IMG/VR virus record: IMGVR_UViG_2974789010_000001
Span: 74,182 to 100,314 of that record
From: a virus
Lineage: Duplodnaviria > Heunggongvirae > Uroviricota > Caudoviricetes > Crassvirales
Length of the DNA stretch: 26,133 nt
Strand: one strand, 5' to 3'
Shown here in pieces: positions 15,224 to 25,300 of the stretch. The notes below the pieces were generated by a model. It did no database searches and was not told the origin of the DNA. It saw only the letters and a list, made by a program, of their open reading frames with translations. How positions within the stretch are numbered: position 1 is the first letter of the stretch; each line of letters starts with the position of its first letter. The position numbers and the translations under genes are program-made.

Positions 15224-17911
15224 ATGGCTAACAAGAGAATTATAAGAAGAAAGAATAGACCATTAAATATATTTGCAGATGGAGGGCCAGTTGGCAGTCT
15301 TGCATCCCTAGCTAATACAACTGACTTATCTAAGATTACTACATTAGGTCAAGGAGGTGCATCAGGTTCTGTAAGAATGCAATCAGTTGGTACTTCTGCC
15401 AGTGGAGGTGGTGGATTTAATATGGGTAGTATTGGGGGTATAGGTTCCTCTGTTGGAACTATAGTAAATGCAGGTCTATCTAATGCTCAGATAGCTGATA
15501 CTAGTGCTCAAGAAGAAGGTATTAAAGCTCAAAAGAATATGGTAGTAGGTGCATCATCAAACGATGAACTCATGAGTGAATGGGGTTCTTGGAACAAATC
15601 TAAAGATGACTATACATGGAAGGATGTTAGAGGTGGAAGTACTGGTCAGCGAATTACTAATACTATTGGAGCTGCTGGTCAAGGGGCTGCTGCTGGAGCA
15701 TCTGTTGGTGGTCCAATTGGTGCTATTGTAGGAGGTGTAGTAGGCTTAGGTTCCTCACTTGCAGGTTGGTTTACTGGTAACAGAAAAGCTAAGAAGAAAG
15801 CTAAGAAACTTAATCAACAAGCTAAAGAAGCTAATGAAAGAGCAATGAGTTCATTTGAACTTAGAGCTGATAATATAGATAAACAGAATGACTTCAATCT
15901 ATTAGCTAACTACTCAGCATTTGGTGGTGTGCTTGGGGGAGGTGCTATTGACTATGAATTGGCTACTAAAGCTTTAAACAATAAACAATTAGATGCTATG
16001 AGTAAATTCAGAATGCCATCTATGCCCAACTCATTTGAAGTATCAGAGTTTGGTGTAGATTACTTTGCAAAGGGTGGCAACTTATCCAGAGATAAGGACT
16101 ATGGTTCCAAGAAGAAACCATATCCAATGGTTCCTGCTGATGACTTTGCAGGTCCACATAGAAGCTATCCTATACCAACTAAGGCTAATGCCAGAGATGC
16201 ACTTAGATTAGCAGGACTTCATGGTGATAGTAGTGTTAGAGCTAAGGTATTAGCTAAGTACCCTTCACTTAGAAAGAAGGCTTTTGGTGGAGAGTTATTT
16301 AATACTAATTCTATAATTGGTGGTAGCTTAGGTTCTAATATTCAAAATGCTATTGCACCTGCTCAAGAACAAACTTTAACTGTTTCACCTATGAATACAT
16401 TCAAAGATGGAGGTGGTATTCATATTAAGAAAGCTAATAGAGGTAAGTTTACTAAATACTGTGGTGGAAAGGTTACTTCTGCTTGCATAGCTAAAGGTAA
16501 AAGAAGTAGTTCACCTGCTGTAAGAAAGAGAGCTACATTTGCAGCTAATGCAAGAAAGTGGCACGCAGATGGTGGTTACATGGGGTATAGTTATGATGAA
16601 AACTATGCACCTATAGGTACTTTATATACAGGAGCTTATGACTCTTTAACTACTCACCCAGATGCTCTAACTAATGGTGGAGTATTTAGTGATGGAGTTA
16701 CAGTAGTAGGCGAGGGTGGAAGCCATGAAGAGAATCCTTTAACTGGTGTGCCAATGGGTGTAGCACCTGATGGTCAACCTAATTTAGTTGAAGAAGGTGA
16801 AGTAATCTTCAATGATTATGTGTTTAGTAATAGATTACATCCTAGTGAAGAGCTACTTAAATCAGTTAATCTTCCATCTAAATACAAGGATAATACCTTT
16901 GCTTCTATAGCTGAAAAGATTAATAAAGAGCCTAAAGAAAGACCTTATGACCCTATTGCTAGGAGAGGTTTACTTGCAAATATGTCTAAGTTAATGCAGG
17001 CTCAAGAAGAAGTTAAAGCTATAAAGGAAGCTAAGACAGAAGGAAGACAGTTTGCTTATGGTGGTGATACTGATTGGGACCCAACTTTATTAGATGACTC
17101 ACCTTTTACATGGGAAGACTATGTGGCATCTCAAGGAGATGCAGATACTAAGCCTAATGATACTCAACCTTCTAGTACTAGAAAAGGTATAGGATTAGAT
17201 GCTCTTAGATATGCACCTGCTTTAGGTGCTGGTGTTGGAGTAATATCAGACCTATTTGGATGGACTAATAAACCAGATTACAGTAATGCTGATATGATTG
17301 TAGATGCAGTAAGCGGATTACCTACTATTGAAGCTGAACCTATTGGTAACTATCTATCTTATAATCCATTTGATAGAGACTTTTACATTAATAAGCTCAA
17401 TCAACAATCATCAGCTACTAGAAGAGCTTTACAAAATACATCAGGTGGTAACAGGCTTAATGCTCAGGCTGGAATACTTGCTGCTGATTATAACTATGGT
17501 CAAAGCATAGGTGATTTAGCAAGACAAGCTGAGGAATATAACTTAGCTCAAAGAGAAAGAGTTGAGTCCTTTAATAGAGGTACTAATCAATATAATAGCG
17601 AGTCTGCACTTAGAGCTGCTGGTATGAACCAACGGAACAGAGAAATGAAGCTTAGAGCTATAATGCAAGCTGCTGGTATGAGAGAAGAAGCAGGTGCTAG
17701 AAGTAGTGCAGCTAAGAGTGCCAACTTAACAAACTTCTTTGATAGTTTAGGTGATATTGGTAGAGAGGAGTTCAGTAGAAATATGATTGAATCCAATCCT
17801 GCACTTGGCTATACTATTGATAGAAGTGGTAAGGTTAGATACAAGAAACCTAAGAGTGGTACTAAAAGTAAAAAGAAAAGTAAGGGAGGATATTTGACTT
17901 ATGGCAAGTAG
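15224..17911 (+). CDS. Putative cargo/ejection protein 1 (internal virion protein with a glycine-zipper hydrophobic segment)
   Basis: 895 aa, G/A/S-rich, with a hydrophobic GxxxG segment, repeated FxxGG motifs and a helical Q/N/A-rich C-terminal third. First gene after the muzzle, as for crAss cargo genes. Confidence 0.7.
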   Translation: MANKRIIRRKNRPLNIFADGGPVGSLASLANTTDLSKITTLGQGGASGSVRMQSVGTSASGGGGFNMGSIGGIGSSVGTIVNAGLSNAQIADTSAQEEGIKAQKNMVVGASSNDELMSEWGSWNKSKDDYTWKDVRGGSTGQRITNTIGAAGQGAAAGASVGGPIGAIVGGVVGLGSSLAGWFTGNRKAKKKAKKLNQQAKEANERAMSSFELRADNIDKQNDFNLLANYSAFGGVLGGGAIDYELATKALNNKQLDAMSKFRMPSMPNSFEVSEFGVDYFAKGGNLSRDKDYGSKKKPYPMVPADDFAGPHRSYPIPTKANARDALRLAGLHGDSSVRAKVLAKYPSLRKKAFGGELFNTNSIIGGSLGSNIQNAIAPAQEQTLTVSPMNTFKDGGGIHIKKANRGKFTKYCGGKVTSACIAKGKRSSSPAVRKRATFAANARKWHADGGYMGYSYDENYAPIGTLYTGAYDSLTTHPDALTNGGVFSDGVTVVGEGGSHEENPLTGVPMGVAPDGQPNLVEEGEVIFNDYVFSNRLHPSEELLKSVNLPSKYKDNTFASIAEKINKEPKERPYDPIARRGLLANMSKLMQAQEEVKAIKEAKTEGRQFAYGGDTDWDPTLLDDSPFTWEDYVASQGDADTKPNDTQPSSTRKGIGLDALRYAPALGAGVGVISDLFGWTNKPDYSNADMIVDAVSGLPTIEAEPIGNYLSYNPFDRDFYINKLNQQSSATRRALQNTSGGNRLNAQAGILAADYNYGQSIGDLARQAEEYNLAQRERVESFNRGTNQYNSESALRAAGMNQRNREMKLRAIMQAAGMREEAGARSSAAKSANLTNFFDSLGDIGREEFSRNMIESNPALGYTIDRSGKVRYKKPKSGTKSKKKSKGGYLTYGK

Positions 17912-19319
17912 ATATATAGTAAACAATAGTAAGTTTAAGCCTTTCTCTTATACAGAAATGCTTGCTCCAGTACAGATGGCTGATACTGAACACAAGCTTA
18001 TTGAAGAAGGTTTAGGAGAGATGTCTGCAAAGGCAGGTATGTGGGATAAGTTAGCTGACCAGCAAACTAGTCCTGTAGCTTATGCACAATATAAAGCCTA
18101 TGCAGATGACTTGACTAAACAAGCAGACCTCTTAGCCAGACAAGGTTTAACACCAGAAAGTAGAAGAGGTTTGTTAAATATGAAGAGAAGATATGCTAGT
18201 GAAATAACTCCTATTGAATTAGCTGCAAGTAAGAGAGAAGAGTTAACTAAGGCTCAAAGAGAAGCTATCCAAAGAGACCCTTCTTTAATGTTTGATGTTA
18301 ATTATGGTACTGCATCTATTGATGATTTATTGAATAATCCTAATGCTACTTATAATACTATCAGTGGTTCAGAATTAACTAAGAGAGCTAGTACAATGGC
18401 TCAGAACTTGGCTAAGACTATTCAAGATAATCCTCAGTATTCATCTATACTTGGTGGGCAGTACTTTCAACAAATGCAGCAGCTTGGTTATAGTCCTCAA
18501 CAGGTTATGCAGACTATAATGAATGACCCTAATGCTCCTAAAGAATTGAAGCAAGTAGCTGATACTATATGGCAGGAATCTGGTCTTGATACATGGGACC
18601 AAGCTACTCAATCAAGAGCTAGAGACTATATTAATGCTGGTTTATATGATGCTATTGGTACTCAAAGATATGATACTCAAGCTAATAGAGGTTATATGAG
18701 TCCTGCTGAGTCTGCTAGATTAGAGATGGAGAAAGAAAGATTTAACTTAGCTAAAGAACAAGCAGCTAAAGATAAGAGTACTATTCCTCTTCAAGATGGT
18801 TCTGTAATCAGAGTAATTGGTGGTGGAAAGGCACTTAGAATATATCCAGATGGCAGAGTTGAAAACTATGCTGGTAATAGTGGAATAGCAGGTGCAGGAG
18901 TTAAAGATGCAGCTAAGAGAGGTGATAAGCCTATTATCATTGCTAATACCAATGGTAAATGGAGAACAGGTGAAAAGGGAGAAGATGTAAAAGGTACTTG
19001 GTTTGGTATGACTAGAAGTAATGCTGCATCTACATGGGGTAACTATACTCTTGATAATGTGAATGTCAATGATATAGTAACTAACTACAATGAAATACCT
19101 AAGGGTGCTCTTGATGAAATGTTGAAAGTAGCTAAAGAACAAAATATAGACTTAGATTTATATGATGTAGTTAGAGTGAAAGCTTCTACTGGTAGAGCAG
19201 CAGGTGACTATGATTATGTATTAATGCCTAAGCAAAACATACCTCAAGCACCTATAGCAGCTCCAGCTACTCCACAAGTAGTTGATAGTATCAATTTTGA
19301 TGTAAATACAGGATTATAA
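17901..19319 (+). CDS. Putative cargo/ejection protein 2
   Basis: 472 aa; FKPFSYTEMLAP N-terminus, helical and Q/A-rich; 11-nt overlap with cargo 1. Assigned by synteny. Confidence 0.6.
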   Translation: MASRYIVNNSKFKPFSYTEMLAPVQMADTEHKLIEEGLGEMSAKAGMWDKLADQQTSPVAYAQYKAYADDLTKQADLLARQGLTPESRRGLLNMKRRYASEITPIELAASKREELTKAQREAIQRDPSLMFDVNYGTASIDDLLNNPNATYNTISGSELTKRASTMAQNLAKTIQDNPQYSSILGGQYFQQMQQLGYSPQQVMQTIMNDPNAPKELKQVADTIWQESGLDTWDQATQSRARDYINAGLYDAIGTQRYDTQANRGYMSPAESARLEMEKERFNLAKEQAAKDKSTIPLQDGSVIRVIGGGKALRIYPDGRVENYAGNSGIAGAGVKDAAKRGDKPIIIANTNGKWRTGEKGEDVKGTWFGMTRSNAASTWGNYTLDNVNVNDIVTNYNEIPKGALDEMLKVAKEQNIDLDLYDVVRVKASTGRAAGDYDYVLMPKQNIPQAPIAAPATPQVVDSINFDVNTGL

Positions 19320-19320
19320 T

Positions 19321-22300
19321 ATGGAAGGATTAGAAGGACTAAAGGGTTTAACAGCTCAAGATAGACAGAACTGGGAGAAGGAGTATTCCACTAAGATAAA
19401 GGGGCTTACTCCTGACCAGACTGAAAGAATGTATAGAAATGTCAAGTTCAAGGAGAAGTTTGGTAATAGGCCAGACTATAATATAATTAAGAATTATACT
19501 CCTGAACAAAGAGATAGTCTATACAATGAAGACTTGTTTAAGATGCAGCCTCTAGAAGCAGAACATACTGATGAGGAACAAGTTAAAGCTATTGGTAAAG
19601 CCTTTGAGCAGGGTCAACAATTTCAAGAAGAAGCAACTAAGCTTGATAGTATTTATAACCAATGGCCTGCTAGAGGTAGAAAGGCCCTTGATGAATTTGA
19701 TAAGATAGCTGATAATGTATCTCCTTATTATAAGAGATACAAGAACACTGAATACTTGCCTTTCTCTGATGAAGAGAAGTATAAGATAGCAGCAGAATAC
19801 AATGCTGCTAAGGCTGCTTATGGAGAGCAGGAAGCTAATAATATACTTAGAAGGAAGATGCAAGATACTGCATCAAAGAACCAAAGTGTATTTGAGAAGT
19901 TCTGGAATGGATTTAAGGGTATGGGTGCTCAAACAGCAGGTGCTTTAATAGGTACTGCTGGCATGGTTAAAGGTGCTATTGACTATGTTGGTGATGAAAG
20001 AAATGAAGACATTGATAATGCTTTCTTTGATTTCATGGACCATGTTATAGATAATAGTTGGACTAGATATGGCAATGATGTAATGCAGTATGGCAGCTTA
20101 TTTGATGCTAATATTCAAGAAGCTAAAGAGAATGGTGGTATGTCTAACATACCAGTAATTAGAACACAAGCTGAGGAACAAGGTACTATTCTTGATAACT
20201 TACTTAGTGTCAATACTATACCAGAACTTATTAATCAGCAAGGTTTTACAATAGCATCTATGCTTACTGGTGCTGGTCTTTCTTCTATATCAAGTAAGGC
20301 ATTTCAAGGTGCCAAAGGTTTGACTATGGCTGCTAATAGGGCAGGTGCTTTAACTAACCTTGAAAAGGTTAATACTATACTTAAAGGACTCCAACAAGTA
20401 CAACAAAAGACTAATGCTTTCCTTATTCCTGCAATGGTTGGTACTGTTGAAGGGGTAAGTGAAGGTCTTAATACTAAGATACAGTTCCTTGATGATGCTA
20501 AGCAAATGATTGCTGAAACACAAGCTAAGGCAGTTAATGATGAGTTCAATAAGAGATTACAGAACCCCGAAGAACTTAGCAGACAAGGCTATAATCCACA
20601 GGATGCAAAGTCTATGGAGAAACTATATAAAGATATTTATGATAGTTATGCTCCTAGATATGAGGAAGCTGTTAAGAAAGCAGAGGTAAATGCAGCTAAG
20701 GCAGGTGTATATAACATGGGTCTTAACTCCATGATTAATGGTGCTCTTAACATGACACTAAAAGCTGGTCTTCAAACTCCTTCTGTGCAAGAAGCTATGA
20801 GAAGAAGTAGGTTAGGTAGGTTATTTACACCACAAGACTTTAGAGTAGAAGCAGGTAGAGTGGTTCCTTCTTATGGGAGGATAGGTAAAGTACTTAATGT
20901 ACTTCAAGAACCTGCTGGTGAGTTCACTGAGGAATATCTTCAAAGTGTATCTGATGCCTTTTCAAGAGGTGGTGCTGAGTATAATCTACAGAACTTTATT
21001 ACTAATAAGTATAAAGGTGATGGTAAGGATGCAGTAGATGAATCTCTTGCTAATGACTTCTTTGCAGCAAGTAGAGCAGCAGGTGATGCAATGATAGATA
21101 AAGAGACTATTCTCTCTGGTATCTATGGTGCTTTAGCCTCTGGTATGGGTACTCCTACTATTAATAATAGAAGAGGTCCTGCTATCAGAAGAGAGGATGA
21201 GTCTAATCTTAGTTATGCTATGAGAAGGTCTCCTATTACATATAGAAATCCTATATGGGAAGCTATTCAAGAGCAAAAAGAAGCTAGTGAAGAAAGGTCA
21301 ACTGCTGCAAGTATAATGACTGATTGGATACAAGACCCAGCTAATAAATCTAAGTATGATGGACTGGTTGGTACTCTTAACTGGGCTAAATCTATGGATG
21401 AAGCATCAGGTAGAAATGATGAATTTGACTATAGAAACAGTGAATTAGGTAAGACTATTAATGATGTTATGACTCTTGAGAAACTAAGAGGAACAGACTA
21501 TTATAACTCATTTATGCAGGACTTGATTAGAACTGCTAACCTTGAAGAAGGTTCAGAAGAAGCTCAAGCTTTAGTCCAACAATTCAAGAATGCACCTAAC
21601 AACAGAGATATTGAACAAGATGATTCTCAGATACTTTCTACTATAAAGAAGAATAGCAATAGACTTCTTGATACTATGAGCAAGATAGCTACAGAATCTG
21701 AAAGTATTGATAAGATGTTAGGTAATGCTGCTGATGAAGATACTAAACAAGCTCTTATTTATGGTAAGTTAAGTGTTGATTCATGGAGAGAAAGAGCTAC
21801 ACAGCTTGAGAATGAAATTAGTAGCATCTCTATTAATCCTACTACTTCAAGTAGCCTTAATGACACACAGAGAGATTTGTTAATTAACTATGGTTCATTA
21901 GGTAAAGCTCATTCTGAATATCAGAAACTGAGAGAAAAGATTGGTGAATTAGAGACTGATATAGCTAATATTAATAGTAGAAAGAACTTAGGAGTAAAAG
22001 AAACTGAGACTCTTAGAGCTAAGAAAGTAGCCTTAAAGACTTTAGAAAAGCAAGCTAAAGCTATTGCTAAAGTAGGTGAGACTATTGAGGGTAATCCTGT
22101 ACTTAGTGAAACTGATATAATGCAGCTTAATCCCACAGATAGAGCTACCATCCTTAACCCTGAGAATAAGAATAAGTATAGTGAAGAACAACAATCTATT
22201 ATAGATAATGTAATAAGAGAAGGTACTTTACAATACAATGATTTCATGGATAAGGTACAAGATGCTGGTAGAATTAACTTGGCTCAACAAGCTTATTTAA

Positions 22301-25300
22301 CTCAATATAACAGCATACTTAGTAACCCTGCAAGCTTTAATGCTTTTGTTAATAGAATCAAGCAACAAGTTGCTGATGATAATACAAAGAAGAAGTATGA
22401 ATTCTTGAATGGAGTACAGGACTATGCTACTTTTGTCAAAGGATTAGATAAAGCATATAGAGAATCTGATGTAAGAGAAAGACAGGTTATCAGAAACATA
22501 CTTAGTGAGAATGAAAACTACAAGAGATACCTTGAAGATAATAAGAACCTTGAGGGTATGTTTGACCAGTTAGATTCTAATGATAAGTTCAAAGAACTTG
22601 ATGAGAATGATAGAAATGTCATAATGACTACTATGCAATTCTTAGTTGATAGAGGTGTTAGTCCAACTGATGTTACAGCATTAGCTGCACTTACTGCACA
22701 AGATGAGAATGGTACTCCTGCTTTGCTTAACTATATTGATGAAGTTAATGGTAGATTGCCTAGTGATATGCAATTAACTCCTGCAAGTATAGAGGAGATT
22801 GTACAGACTTACAATGATATAATAGGTGAGCATACTAAGAACATCAATGAAGTTGAAGTTGTTAACAAGCCAGTAGAAGTAGCTCCTACAACTACAGAAG
22901 CATCTAAGCCTCCTGTACAAGTTGGTATCTTTGGTCAAATACAACAGAATCCTGAAATGGCTGCTGATAAAAACCTTAAAGAAGATACCTCTGCACCTGC
23001 TAAACCAGGAATCTTTGGTGATATTCAAAGTAATCCAGATTTAGCTAGAGGAGTAGCACCAGAGTCTACAACAGATACACCTACAACTGATTTAGTTGAC
23101 AAGTACAAGGTTAACAGTAATGAAGAAGTAGCTAATAGTGTGCAGACAGGACTATCTATTATTGATAACTCTTCAAGTATTTATGATGATGTTAAAGAGC
23201 AAGCCACTCAAATTATAGATGAACTTGGAGATAGTGAGTATGAAACTCCTACTGATTTAAGTGAAGCTATTATGGCTAAGGCTAATCAGCTACAGGCACA
23301 AGTACAACAAGGTGGAGATAATAATGATAAAGCATCATCATTATTAAAGCAGGTTGCAGCTAAGATGAAAGTTAAATCTGAGACTCCTACTACTAAAGTT
23401 GAAAGAGCTGAAACACCTTCAACAGTAAGTGAAGAGAGGAGAAACAACAGTATGATAACAACTGCTGATGTTGATAGACATCCTCAATCTGTTGTAGGTC
23501 AAGCATCTAAGAACTTTAAGATGAATGACTATCTTAGAAAAGGTTATATTACTCCTAAAACTCCTATCATGTTTGTTGCAGACCCCGCTATTATAGCAGG
23601 TGTTAAACAAGAAATGGGGGAAGCTTATAATGAGAGTGACCATCTCCCTATAATGGCAGTTGTAGAAGATAGTAATGGTCCTATTATTATAGGTGATAAG
23701 AAGTACCAGCCTATTGGTTTTATGCCAAGAACAAGTGCTAATTCACAAGGTGCAGCTAGAATGGAACCAGTTAGATTGGCTGGTTTAACTCAGCAAGATG
23801 GTACTTTATTGAAGGATAAAGATGGCAAGGTTATTACAACCAATGGTTATGTAAGAGCTAATCCACCTGAGCATACTAAGGCAGGTACTCCTAATACTTT
23901 GATACATACTATCATGAGTAATGATATGGATGCTGAGTCCAGAGCTAAGATGAATGATGTTAACTTGCCTATACAAGAAAGACAGTCTATTTATAGAAAG
24001 TTCAAGAACAGTATCTTACCTAATATCAGAAGAGTTGCACAAGATGCTAAGGGTGAGAGAATACATTTAGCTTATTTCACACCTAATATGAAGGGTGGAG
24101 AACAAGAGTTTGAGTTATATGTAACAACTCCTCAAAACTCCTTCTCTAGAGCAGGTAAACCAATGGCTCAAGTATTAACTGAGGGAACTCCAGAAGAAAT
24201 ACTAAAAGCTAATAGTAGACTTCATAGATATGGAAAGACACTTGAAGAGTTCTTCAAGAAGAAGCCTTTTAGTGATAATGCTAGGTTCAAAAGAGAGAAT
24301 GGGGTGTTAGTACCAGTAGGTGAAAGTGCATCTAAGTTGCAGACATTAGGTGAAAGTCTGACTAAGAAGTTAAGTAACTATATTACTATTCCTAAAGGAT
24401 ATGAATATGTACTTACTCCTACAGAAGAGATGCTTGAAGGTAATAGAATGTATCAATTAGCTTTAACTAATGGTGCTAGTACTATACCTTTAGCCAATGT
24501 AACTAATGGCACGATGACTGATGAAACTAAAGCTCAAGCTATTAAGAACTTGTTCATTGATGGTGGTAACTTTAGATATGAGGGTACTCAACCATTTGCT
24601 AAGTGGCAAGTTAATTATAATGACTTTGGTGCTAAAGAAGGTGAGTCTGAGGATGCTAGAAAGGCTAGATTAGGAAATGCTAGTGATATATTTGATGATA
24701 ACATACTTGAATCAAGTAGAACTTCATTGAAGTACACTATCAGAGGTATTGATATTAATAGTCCATTCAAGCAAGATGGTAGCAGAACACCATCACCTAC
24801 ACCAGTAGTTGCTAATCAAGTTAATGCTACAACTAGCAAACCAATTGATACTCCAGTCATTACAGCTACTGACCAAGTGAAAGTAGGTAATGCTATAGTT
24901 GATAGTGAGTCTGGTGCTGTATTACAAGGTGAAGTTAGACCTGTATCTAATCCTGCTGTTGATAAGGCTAGAGATATAGCTAATAGAATAGTTGAAGATA
25001 GTAAATCTATTAGATTAGCTGATGATAATTCTGGTTATGTTGATGAAGAAGGAAGAAGATATGCTAGAGTTACTTCTATCATTCAAGCTGATGAACTAGC
25101 TGGTGAAAGATTTGACCCTAATAGTCCTTGGATTACACCTTCAACTAATATAGGTACTTCTGTAGATGAGTTTGTAAGAGACTTCTTTGCAGGTGAGTTT
25201 ACTGGAGAAGATGGTAAGTTATTGAATGACTACTTATATGATTATCCTAATGCTACTCAAGCAGAATGGAGAGCTTTTGCTAACCAGTTAGTAGGTCTTA

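Noticed and set aside
15268-15277. Fourth TAtaTTTGCA promoter-like match inside the 5' end of cargo 1
   Set aside because: No TTG at the -33 position (AAGA there). The match is explained by the codons N-I-F-A of the first FADGG motif.
3390-17910. Shared start ATGGCAAGTA in the 3390 and 17901 genes
   Set aside because: Only 10 nt, made of common Met-Ala-Ser codons; compatible with chance.
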